From a virus (Duplodnaviria; Caudoviricetes), in the IMG/VR virus record IMGVR_UViG_3300037308_000473, positions 1 to 26,040 of that record: a stretch of 26,040 nucleotides of DNA; one strand, 5' to 3'. This document shows, one piece after another, positions 1 through 7,628 of this stretch. The translations under genes and the position numbers were made by a program. The notes beneath the pieces are model-generated. The model made no database searches, was not told the DNA's origin, and saw nothing but the letters and a program-made list of their open reading frames with translations. Numbering within the stretch: the first letter of the stretch is position 1; every line of letters begins with the position of its first letter.

Positions 1-2
1 CC

Positions 3-1088
3 GAGTCGAGCAGCCGCGAGGGCGCCCGCCTCACGTTCGCGGTCCTCGACGAGACGCACCTCTGGCGCCGGGACAACGGCGGCGTGCGGCTGGCGGCCGC
101 CCTCCGGCGCAACGCCGCCAAGATGGACGGGCGCACCTGGGAGACGACGAACGCCCCGGTCGCCGGGCAGGGCAGCGTGGCCGAGGAGAGCGGCGATGCT
201 GCCGTCCCGGGCGTCCTCCACGTCTGCCGCCGGGCGCGCGAGGTCCCCGAGCGGGACTGGCCGGCCGAGCGGCTGCGGGCCGAGCTCAAGTGGGTGTACG
301 GCGACTCGTGGTGGGCGCCGGTCGAGCGGATCCTCGCCGAGATCGCGGACCCGGCCAACGACTGGGACGACATCCTGCGCTTCTACTTCAACGTCCGGTC
401 AGCCGGCCGGTCCCGGGCGGTCGACCCCGGCGCCTGGGGCGCGCTCGAGCGGGCGGTCGAGGTGCCGGACGGCGCGCGGGTCGCGCTTGGCTTCGACGGC
501 TCGCTTTCCCTGGACTCGACCGTCCTGCGCGCCTGCACCCCCGACGGCCACTCGTTCTCCCTGCCCGGCTGGTCGTGGGTCCGACCCACGGGCGACGCGA
601 TGCGCGCCTGGGCGCTCTCGCACCCCGGCGAGGACTGGCGGGTCCCCCGCGACCAGGTCGACGACGCCGTGGCGCAGGCGTTCGCGCGCTTCGAGGTCGG
701 CCTCATGCGCCCGGACGCCGCGTTCTGGCGCGACGAGATCACGCGCTGGCAGCGCCTGTACGGCGACGACGTCGTCGTCCCGTTCGACACCAACTCGGCC
801 CGCCAGATGGCCCCCGCGTTCGACCGCTGGCGCACCGCCGTCGCCACCGGCGCCCACACCCACGACGGCGACCCGGTCGTGTCGGCGCACGTGAAGGCGA
901 TGCACACCGCCCACCCGCGCGGCGCCGCACCGGGCGGCGACGGCCGCCTGCCGGTCGTGCCGGTCAAGGGCGATGACCGGGCCAAGATCGACGGCGGCCT
1001 CGCCGACATCCTCGCGTACCACGCGGCGATGACGATGGCGGACGCGGCGGTCGAGGTCCGCTCGGGCCCGGTGGCGGCGTCGTGGTGA
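3..1088 (+). CDS. terL: Phage terminase large subunit (5'-truncated by window)
   Basis: Frame is open from position 3: ESSSREGARLTFAVLDETHLW (Walker B), WETTNA coupling motif, nuclease motifs LGFDGSLSLDST and C-terminal KIDG; directly upstream of portal. Confidence 0.92.
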   Translation, partial: ESSSREGARLTFAVLDETHLWRRDNGGVRLAAALRRNAAKMDGRTWETTNAPVAGQGSVAEESGDAAVPGVLHVCRRAREVPERDWPAERLRAELKWVYGDSWWAPVERILAEIADPANDWDDILRFYFNVRSAGRSRAVDPGAWGALERAVEVPDGARVALGFDGSLSLDSTVLRACTPDGHSFSLPGWSWVRPTGDAMRAWALSHPGEDWRVPRDQVDDAVAQAFARFEVGLMRPDAAFWRDEITRWQRLYGDDVVVPFDTNSARQMAPAFDRWRTAVATGAHTHDGDPVVSAHVKAMHTAHPRGAAPGGDGRLPVVPVKGDDRAKIDGGLADILAYHAAMTMADAAVEVRSGPVAASW

Positions 1089-2530
1089 CGCCCGTGGCAA
1101 CCCAGCTGTCCTCCGCCGCCTGGCTCGAGCGCCTCGGCGACGAGCTCGACGCGCGCGCCTCCGACTACGCGACGTGGGAGGCCTACTACGAGGGCCGCCA
1201 CCAGCCCCCGGTCGCGCTCCTCGCGGCGTCGACCGGCTACCGCAGCGAGTACGCCCGCTGGCTGGCGGGCTTCTCCGACAACTTCTGCCGGCTCGTCGTC
1301 CAGGCGGTCGACGAGCGCCTCGCGGTCACCGGGTTCCGGGTCGACGGGGGCGCCGGCGACCGCAAGGCGTGGGCCTTCTGGCAGAGCAACGCGCTCGACG
1401 CCTGGCACCTGCGGGCCCACCGCGAGGCGCTCGTCAAGGGCTGGTGCCCGGTCACGGTCGACGCCGGGCCCGACGGCTCCCCCCGCATCCGGGCCCACGT
1501 GGCCGACCAGTTCGCGGTCGCCTGGGACGACGACGACGCGCTCGCCCGGGCCGCCGCGCTCCGGCGCTGGGCGACGCCCGACGGGCGCCGGCTCGCCACC
1601 CTCTACCTCCCGGACCGGATCGAGAAGTACGAGCTCGCGGGGAATGCCTGGCGGCCGCGCTCGGTCGAGGGCGAGCCCTGGCCGCTCCCCCACGCCCTCG
1701 GCGTGGTGCCGGTCGTGCCGCTCGTCAACGACCCCGACCTCGCCAACCGCGGGCAGTCCGAGATCGCGGCGATGCTGCCGATGCAGAACGCGCTGAACCT
1801 GCTGATGAGCGACATGCTCGTGTCCGCCGAGTACACCGCCTTCCCGCAGCGCTGGGTGACCGGGCTCGAGATCCCGGTCGACCCCGACACCGGGCGGCCG
1901 GTCCAGCCGTTCAAGCTGGCCTACGACCGGATGCTCATGGCCCGCGACAAGGAGGTCCGGTTCGGCCAGCTCGACGCCGCCGACCTCGCCCCGTACATCA
2001 CCGCCATCGAGGCCTGCGTCCAGCACATCGCGTCGACCACCCGCACGCCGCCCCACTACCTGCTCGGGCAGGCCGGGTCGTTCCCGTCGGGCGAGAGCCT
2101 CAAGGCGACCGAGACCGGCCTCGTGGCGAAGGTCCGCCGCCGGCAGGGTGACTTCGGCGAGTCTTGGGAGGAGGCGATCAGCATCGCCTTCCGGGCCGCC
2201 GGCGACGCCAAGCGTGCCGACCGCGAGGACAAGGAGGCGGTCTGGCGCGACCCCGAGGTCCGCACCGAGGCCGAGCACGTCGACGCCCTGCTCAAGCTCA
2301 AGGCCCTCGGCGTCCCCGTCGAGCAGCTGTGGGAGGACGCCGGCTACAGCCCGCAGCTCATCGCCAAGTGGCGCGACGCCGCCGAGCGGGCGGGCGCGTC
2401 GCTGGCCGACCCGGGCGCGCCCGCCGACCCCGCGGCCGCACCCGACTCCAACACCGTCCAGCCGCCGCCGGGCGCGACGCCCGCGCTGCCAGCAGCACCC
2501 CCGATGCAGATGGAGGCCCCAAGGCCGTGA
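1085..2530 (+). CDS. Phage portal protein, SPP1 gp6-like
   Basis: YYEGRH, NFCRLVVQAVDERL, HALGVVPVVPL, G.SEI, AFPQRW, SGESLK motifs; GTGA overlap with terL stop (alternative GTG at 1082). Confidence 0.92.
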   Translation: MTPVATQLSSAAWLERLGDELDARASDYATWEAYYEGRHQPPVALLAASTGYRSEYARWLAGFSDNFCRLVVQAVDERLAVTGFRVDGGAGDRKAWAFWQSNALDAWHLRAHREALVKGWCPVTVDAGPDGSPRIRAHVADQFAVAWDDDDALARAAALRRWATPDGRRLATLYLPDRIEKYELAGNAWRPRSVEGEPWPLPHALGVVPVVPLVNDPDLANRGQSEIAAMLPMQNALNLLMSDMLVSAEYTAFPQRWVTGLEIPVDPDTGRPVQPFKLAYDRMLMARDKEVRFGQLDAADLAPYITAIEACVQHIASTTRTPPHYLLGQAGSFPSGESLKATETGLVAKVRRRQGDFGESWEEAISIAFRAAGDAKRADREDKEAVWRDPEVRTEAEHVDALLKLKALGVPVEQLWEDAGYSPQLIAKWRDAAERAGASLADPGAPADPAAAPDSNTVQPPPGATPALPAAPPMQMEAPRP

Positions 2531-3168
2531 CCACCGAACTCGAGTCCGCGGGCGCGACGCCCGCCGTGGCCGCCGCGACGGCGGTCCAGAGCACGCCGGA
2601 CGAGCCGGCCGCCGAGCCCGTGACGGCCACCGAGGCGGCTCTCGGCGACGCGGGCAAGCGGGCGCTCGACGCAGTGCGGGCCGAGCGCCGGGCCGCCGAG
2701 GACCGCGCCAAGCGCGCGGAGGCCGAGCTCGAGCAGCTGCGCGCGGCGTCGCTGTCCGAGCACGACAAGGCGATCGCGCAGGCGCGCAAGGAGGCGACGG
2801 CCGAGACCGAGCGGACGTGGAGCGCGAGGCTCCGGTCCGCGGAGGTTGCCCGGGCACTCCAGGCCGCGGGCGCGACGCCCGACGCGCTCGACCTCGCCGT
2901 CCTCGACCCCTCGTTCGCGGCGCTCACGATCGACGACGAGGGCCGGGTGGACGGGCTCGACGCCGCGGTCGCCGCCTTCCGCAAGGCGCGCCCGTCGCTG
3001 TTCGCGGTCGCGAGGGCCGCGGCCGGCAACTTCGATGGCGGGGCCGGCGGCGCGGCGAGCTCGCAGAGCTGGTCGCGCGACCAGATCGGGGCGATGAGCC
3101 AGGCGGAGTTCGAGCGCAACGAGGCCGAGATCATGCGCGCGATGCGCGAGGGCCGAATCCGAGACTGA
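2527..3168 (+). CDS. Capsid scaffolding protein (213 aa)
   Basis: GTGA overlap with portal stop; LGDAGKRALDA..ERRAAE coiled coil, P.LF motif, Gly-rich linker, C-terminal MSQAEFE..I..AMREGRI; sits between portal and capsid genes. Confidence 0.85.
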   Translation: MTTELESAGATPAVAAATAVQSTPDEPAAEPVTATEAALGDAGKRALDAVRAERRAAEDRAKRAEAELEQLRAASLSEHDKAIAQARKEATAETERTWSARLRSAEVARALQAAGATPDALDLAVLDPSFAALTIDDEGRVDGLDAAVAAFRKARPSLFAVARAAAGNFDGGAGGAASSQSWSRDQIGAMSQAEFERNEAEIMRAMREGRIRD

Positions 3169-3190
3169 AGGAGCCGGCAGCGCCCGGCAA

Positions 3191-3249
3191 CGCCACCGTC
3201 CCGAGACCCCGGTGAGGGACGGAAGAGGCGGACTCCCCACCGGGAGGAG
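3191..3249 (+). promoter_or_regulatory. Structured leader of major capsid gene containing its RBS
   Basis: Stem CCGTCCC(3196-3202)/GGGACGG(3216-3222); CTCCC(3233-3237)/GGGAG(3242-3246) covers the Shine-Dalgarno; CCCGGTG(3208-3214) complements CACCGGG(3238-3244). Confidence 0.45.
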
Positions 3250-3257
3250 ACCAGCAC

Positions 3258-4436
3258 GTGGCGAACATCACCCGCGCCCTGGCCGACACCGCGGGCTTCA
3301 TCCCGCAGGCGTGGGCCCGCCGGGCGCTGACCATCCTCCGCAGCAACATGGTCCTCGCGCAGTTCGTGCGCCGGGACTTCGACTTCGAGCCCGGCTGGGT
3401 CGGGAAGACCCTCAACATCCCGTACCCGGGCACCTTCACCGCGCAGGACAAGGCCGCCGACACGGCGATCAGCGTCCAGACGCCCGCCGGCGGCGCGACC
3501 GTCTCGGTCACCCTGTCCAAGCACAAGGCCGTCGACTTCAACATCGAGGACGTGGCCCGGGCCCAGAGCTCGGTCGAGCTCATGGACCAGTACCTGGCGC
3601 CCGCGGTCATCGCCCTCGGCAACCAGGTCGAGGACGACCTGTTCGGGCTGTACGGCTCGCTCACCGGCGCCAGCGTCGGCACCCTCGGCACCGCGGTCTC
3701 CGACGCCACGATCCGCTCCGCGCGCCAAGCCCTCAACGGGGCCCTCGCCCCGATGTCGAGCCGGTCGCTCATCGTGTCGGCCCGCGACGAGGTGGCGATC
3801 CTCGGCGCGACCAACCTCCAGTCCTTCTTCGCCTTCCGGCAGGGCCAGCAGGCCATCCCCGAGGGCCAGATCGGGCGCCTCTACGGGTTCGACACCTGGA
3901 TGAGCCAGCGCGTCCCGGTCCCGACCGCGGTCATCACGCTGGGCTCGCAGGCGTCGGGCACGTTCACCATCAGCTACCTCGGCCAGACCACCGCCGGCCT
4001 CGCGTACAACGCCGCGGCGGCCACGGTGCAGACCGCCCTACAGGGCCTCTCCACGGTCGGCTCGGGCAACGCCACCGTCGCGGGGTCCGCTGGCGGCCCG
4101 TACACGGTCACGTTCGCGTCCGCGCTCGCGGCCAACTTCAATCCCCTGACCTGCGACTTCAGCTCCTTGGCGACGCCGGCCAACGCCTCGCTCGCCAACG
4201 GCTATCGGAACCTCGCCCTCCACCGGGACGCCCTGATCCTGGCCGTCCGCCCGTTCGAGCCGGTCCCGGCCAACGCCGGCGTCGACTCGTTCACCGCGAC
4301 CGACCCCGACAACGGCCTCGCCGTCCGGGTCCAGCGCGTGTACGACATCAACTACCGGGCGATCCGGTACGGCGTCGACATCCTCTACGGGGTCGCCGTC
4401 CTCCGGCCGACGCTCGGCTCGGTCGTCCTCAGCTAG
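3258..4436 (+). CDS. Major capsid protein, P22 coat-like HK97 fold, with ~93-aa insertion
   Basis: FIPQAWARRAL, GKTLNIP, G.IGRLYGFDTWMSQ.VP, NLALHRDA..LA.RP, DILYG...LRP motifs; strong RBS GGAGGAG. Confidence 0.9.
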   Translation: MANITRALADTAGFIPQAWARRALTILRSNMVLAQFVRRDFDFEPGWVGKTLNIPYPGTFTAQDKAADTAISVQTPAGGATVSVTLSKHKAVDFNIEDVARAQSSVELMDQYLAPAVIALGNQVEDDLFGLYGSLTGASVGTLGTAVSDATIRSARQALNGALAPMSSRSLIVSARDEVAILGATNLQSFFAFRQGQQAIPEGQIGRLYGFDTWMSQRVPVPTAVITLGSQASGTFTISYLGQTTAGLAYNAAAATVQTALQGLSTVGSGNATVAGSAGGPYTVTFASALAANFNPLTCDFSSLATPANASLANGYRNLALHRDALILAVRPFEPVPANAGVDSFTATDPDNGLAVRVQRVYDINYRAIRYGVDILYGVAVLRPTLGSVVLS

Positions 4437-4442
4437 TCCCCA

Positions 4443-4476
4443 GCTCCGGCGCCGGTCCCCCCGCCGGCGCCGGGGC
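4443..4476 (+). terminator. GC-rich hairpin after capsid gene (terminator/attenuator or mRNA-stabilising stem)
   Basis: GCTCCGGCGCCGG(4443-4455) pairs with CCGGCGCCGGGGC(4464-4476), one G-U; no U-tract. Confidence 0.5.
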
Positions 4477-4496
4477 ACCAATCGGAGGAGGACGGC

Positions 4497-5135
4497 ATGG
4501 ACCTCTGCACGGTGGCGGACGTCAGGCTCGCCGGGTCGATCCCCGACGGCCTCGACGACGCCTGGCTCGCCAAGGCGGTCACCGCGGTCTCGGCCGTCCT
4601 CGAGGCCGAGGCACGCCGCTGGCTCGCTCCGCGGGGCGCGATGACCCGGCTGTTCGACGGCGCGGTCGTCCGCGACGGCGGCCGCGCCCTGCCCGTCCCC
4701 GACGGCATCTCGACGCTCACCTCCCTCGCTGTCGCCGACGCCGACCGGCCCGACGGCGGCCCGGGCGCGTACGCCCCGATCACCCGCGGCATCCACCTCC
4801 GCGGCGCCCTGCGCGACGGCTGGCCGGCGACCCGGATCGAGCTCGACGCGACCGCCGAGCGGCCCCTCCCGGTCGCTGGGTACAACGTCGTGAAGGTCAC
4901 GGGCGCCTGGGGCCCGGCCGCGGTCCCCCCGCGCGTCGCCGAGCTCGCCGCGACCGCGGTCGTCCGCGCCTGGCGTGCCCGCAACGGCGGCGACGGGGCA
5001 CCGGACATCGCGGTCGCCCGCCCCGATGGGGGCGTCGCGATCTTGCGCCGGATCGCGCCCGCCGAGCTCGACGAGCTGCGCCGCGACTTCGCCCCCGACA
5101 CCCGGCCCGCGCTCGCGTCGGTGGGGGCCGGCTGA
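4497..5135 (+). CDS. Head-tail adaptor/connector protein
   Basis: N-terminal LCTVADV, V.VTG.WG..AVPP.V..A motif typical of gp6/gp15-like adaptors; RBS GGAGGAGG; position after capsid gene. Confidence 0.75.
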   Translation: MDLCTVADVRLAGSIPDGLDDAWLAKAVTAVSAVLEAEARRWLAPRGAMTRLFDGAVVRDGGRALPVPDGISTLTSLAVADADRPDGGPGAYAPITRGIHLRGALRDGWPATRIELDATAERPLPVAGYNVVKVTGAWGPAAVPPRVAELAATAVVRAWRARNGGDGAPDIAVARPDGGVAILRRIAPAELDELRRDFAPDTRPALASVGAG

Positions 5136-5530
5136 TGGCCGCCGCCGACCTCGCCGACGTCATGGACGGTCTCGCCGCGGCGGTCGCCTCGACGGGCCTC
5201 GTCCGCGAGGCCCACGCCTGGCCGCCGGGTGCGCTCGCCGTCCCGGCGTGCCTCGTCGACTACCCGTCCCGGATCACCCTGGCCGCGACCTTCGGGCGCG
5301 GCTCGGACCTGCTCGAGGTGCCGGTCCTGCTGCTGGCCGCCCAGACGTTCACCCGCGAGGGCCGCGACGCCCTCGCCGCGTACCTCGCCGGCGGCGACGA
5401 CGTCGTCGCGGCGCTCGAGGGCCCCCATCCCTGGGGCACCGCGCATGTCGGGGACGCCGAGGTCACGACCGCGGTCGTCGGGGGCATCACGTACCTCGCG
5501 CTCAAGCTCACCGTGGAGGTCGCGACCTGA
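5135..5530 (+). CDS. Neck/tail terminator-like protein (131 aa)
   Basis: TGATG overlap at both ends; MAAADLADVMDGLAAAV..PA.LV.YP..YLALKLTVEV pattern; synteny. True start is internal to the listed 3212..5530 ORF. Confidence 0.6.
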   Translation: MAAADLADVMDGLAAAVASTGLVREAHAWPPGALAVPACLVDYPSRITLAATFGRGSDLLEVPVLLLAAQTFTREGRDALAAYLAGGDDVVAALEGPHPWGTAHVGDAEVTTAVVGGITYLALKLTVEVAT

Positions 5531-6267
5531 TGGCAGGAAGGTACGGCGCCCAGACGAGCGTCTGGCTCGACGCGGCCGACGCGTCGCCCTTCTTCAACGA
5601 GGCGGGGATCGAGATCGCGGTCGAGACCGCGGAGACGACGACGTTCCAGCCCGGCGCGACGCCCGCGTGGAAGGCCTTCATCGAGGGCACGGCGTCCGCC
5701 AAGGCCACCCTCAAGGGCTTCTACGACCAGACGAGCGACGCGGCCCTCGTCGCCAACGTGCGCGACGGGGGCTCGGTCCTCACCTACGGCCCCGCGGGCC
5801 TGCTCGCGGTCGGCGACCCGGCGCGCCTGCTCCTCGTGCACGAGGTCGCGGTCGCGGAGTCGAGCCCGGTCGGGGGCGCAGTCCTCGCCTCCGCCGGCTT
5901 CACCGGCGACGCGGCGGTCGGCTTCGGCTGGTGTCTGCACGCGCTCGTGACCGACACCGGCACGACAACCGGCGCGACCCGCAACGACGGGGCGGCCACC
6001 GCGGTCGGATGGCAGGCGCACCTCCACGTCACCGCCGTCACCGGCTCCCCGACCTCCTGGACGGTGAAGCTCCAGGACTCCGCCGACGGGACGACGTGGG
6101 CGGACGTCGGCGGCAGCTCGTTCACCGCAACCAACGTGCCGGCCGCGCAGCGCCTCGTCTCGGCGCCCGGCGCCGCGCTCCGCCAGTACGTCCGCTACGT
6201 GGCGACCGTCGCCGGCGGCACGGCCCCCACGATCACGTTCGGGCTCGCGTACGCCCGGAACCGCTAG
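5530..6267 (+). CDS. Tail-tube-like protein with extra C-terminal beta domain (245 aa)
   Basis: N-half aligns by eye with 6280..6690 (VETAETTTF..WK.FIEG.ASAK..LKG.YD; SPVGG.V); C-half HLHVTAVTG..VKLQDSADG..WAD..LRQYVR. Confidence 0.65.
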   Translation: MAGRYGAQTSVWLDAADASPFFNEAGIEIAVETAETTTFQPGATPAWKAFIEGTASAKATLKGFYDQTSDAALVANVRDGGSVLTYGPAGLLAVGDPARLLLVHEVAVAESSPVGGAVLASAGFTGDAAVGFGWCLHALVTDTGTTTGATRNDGAATAVGWQAHLHVTAVTGSPTSWTVKLQDSADGTTWADVGGSSFTATNVPAAQRLVSAPGAALRQYVRYVATVAGGTAPTITFGLAYARNR

Positions 6268-6279
6268 GAGGAACAGCGC

Positions 6280-6690
6280 ATGGCTACCGGGTTCCGGTAC
6301 GGCGCGAAGGCGCTCGTCACCGTCAACGCGATCGACCTGAGCTCGTACTGCGACGACGCCGGCCTCGACGTCGGCGTCGAGACGGCCGAGACGACGACGT
6401 TCGCGTCGTCCTGGAAGACGTTCATCGAGGGCCTCGCGTCGGCGAAGTTCAGCCTCAAGGGCAACTTCGACCCGACCGTGTCGGTCGGCCCGGCGGCGGT
6501 CCTGACCTCGCTCATCGGCGGCGGCGCGAAGACCATCGTGTTCAATCCGGCGGGCACGGCGGCGGGCGAGCTCAAGCGCACGGTGTCGGCGATCCTCACC
6601 GCGTACGCCGAGACCAGCCCGGTCGGCGGGAAGGTGACCTTCACCGCCACGTTCCAGGGCACGGGCGCGGTCACCTTCGGGTCCAACTGA
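6280..6690 (+). CDS. Major tail tube protein (136 aa)
   Basis: ETTTF..WKTFIEGL..FSLKGNFDP and VTFTATFQGTGAVT motifs typical of siphovirus tube proteins; RBS AGGAGG. Confidence 0.8.
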   Translation: MATGFRYGAKALVTVNAIDLSSYCDDAGLDVGVETAETTTFASSWKTFIEGLASAKFSLKGNFDPTVSVGPAAVLTSLIGGGAKTIVFNPAGTAAGELKRTVSAILTAYAETSPVGGKVTFTATFQGTGAVTFGSN

Positions 6691-7049
6691 TGCCGCTGCC
6701 CGAGATCCCGCTGCCTGTCGACACCGTCGAGGTCGGCGGCGTGCCGGTGAGGTTCCGCTCGCTGTCGCGCCGCGAGGCGATGCGACTGGTGACCGAGTTC
6801 CAGCACGACCCCGACGCCGCCGAGACGTTCGTCGTCGCCTGCGGCTGCGGGGTCTCGACGGACGAGGCGCAGGCCTGGCGCGAGGCCACCGACCCGGCCG
6901 AGGCAGGCAAGCTCGTCGACGGGATCATCCTCCTCACGGGGCTCGCGAAGGACGCCGAGGGCCGCGACCCAAACTCGTCCGCGAGCGCGCCTTCCTCGTC
7001 GGCGCGCTCGACCCCTTCGAGTTCGTCCTCGCCGAGGCCCTCGGCATGA
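6690..7049 (+). CDS. Tail assembly chaperone, gpG-like (119 aa)
   Basis: TGATG overlap with tube gene; VEVGG..VRFRSLSRRE; Ser-rich junk-like tail after the slippery site at 6968-6974. Confidence 0.75.
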   Translation: MPLPEIPLPVDTVEVGGVPVRFRSLSRREAMRLVTEFQHDPDAAETFVVACGCGVSTDEAQAWREATDPAEAGKLVDGIILLTGLAKDAEGRDPNSSASAPSSSARSTPSSSSSPRPSA

Positions 7050-7165
7050 CCGTGGCGGACCTGCGCGACCGGATGGGCAACGACGAGTACCTCTCCTGGC
7101 GCGCCTTCTACGCCTGGCGGGCGGCCCAGCGCGAGCTCGCAGCGTTGGAGGCCGCCGGTGGCTGA
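6968..7165 (+). CDS. -1 frameshift extension of tail assembly chaperone (gpT-like; not in ORF track)
   Basis: Slippery heptamer C CCA AAC in correct phase; -1 frame reads LVRERAFLVGALDPFEFVLAEALGMTVADLRDRMGNDEYLSWRAFYAWRAAQRELAALEAAGG*, matching the gpT-like F.LA..LG.TV.EL...M...E...W..F pattern. Confidence 0.8.
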   Translation, partial: PKLVRERAFLVGALDPFEFVLAEALGMTVADLRDRMGNDEYLSWRAFYAWRAAQRELAALEAAGG

Positions 7166-7628
7166 CCGCTCCGCGCACATCGAGGTCCGCGGCCTTCGCG
7201 AGTTCGAGCGCGCGATCCGGGCCGTCGACGGGCGCCTGGCGGCCGAGCTGCGGAGCGCCCTGCGCGCCATCGCCGAGCAGGTGGCGGCAGATGCCCGATC
7301 CCGGGTCACGGCCGACGTCGGGGCAGGCCCGGCGGCCGCGTCCATCACGCCCCGGGCGGGCGCCCGCGGCGCGTCGATCGCCGCCGGCGGCCGGGCGGCC
7401 CCGTACCTCCCGTGGCTCGACTTCGGCGGCTCGGTGGGGCGCGGCCACCGGCCCGGCGTCGCCTGGTCGGGGGCGGTGAAACGGGAGTGGCGCGGCCGGC
7501 CGGTCGGCGAGGGCCGCTACCTGTACCCGGCGATCCGGGCCAACCGCGACGCGATCAGCCGGCTCGTCGACGAGGCGGTCGAGCGGGTCGCCGAGGACGC
7601 CGGCTTCGAGACCCGGGGGCGCGCCTGA
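7158..7628 (+). CDS. HK97 gp10-like tail completion/neck protein
   Basis: IEVRGLREFERA, APYLPWLDFGG, RYLYPAI motifs. Confidence 0.75.
   Translation: MADRSAHIEVRGLREFERAIRAVDGRLAAELRSALRAIAEQVAADARSRVTADVGAGPAAASITPRAGARGASIAAGGRAAPYLPWLDFGGSVGRGHRPGVAWSGAVKREWRGRPVGEGRYLYPAIRANRDAISRLVDEAVERVAEDAGFETRGRA

Noticed and set aside
2470-5666. Recurrent quasi-palindrome GGCGCGACGCCCG at 2471, 2551, 2869 and 5653
   Set aside because: Every copy is in frame as Gly-Ala-Thr-Pro with preferred codons; codon bias explains it better than an operator.
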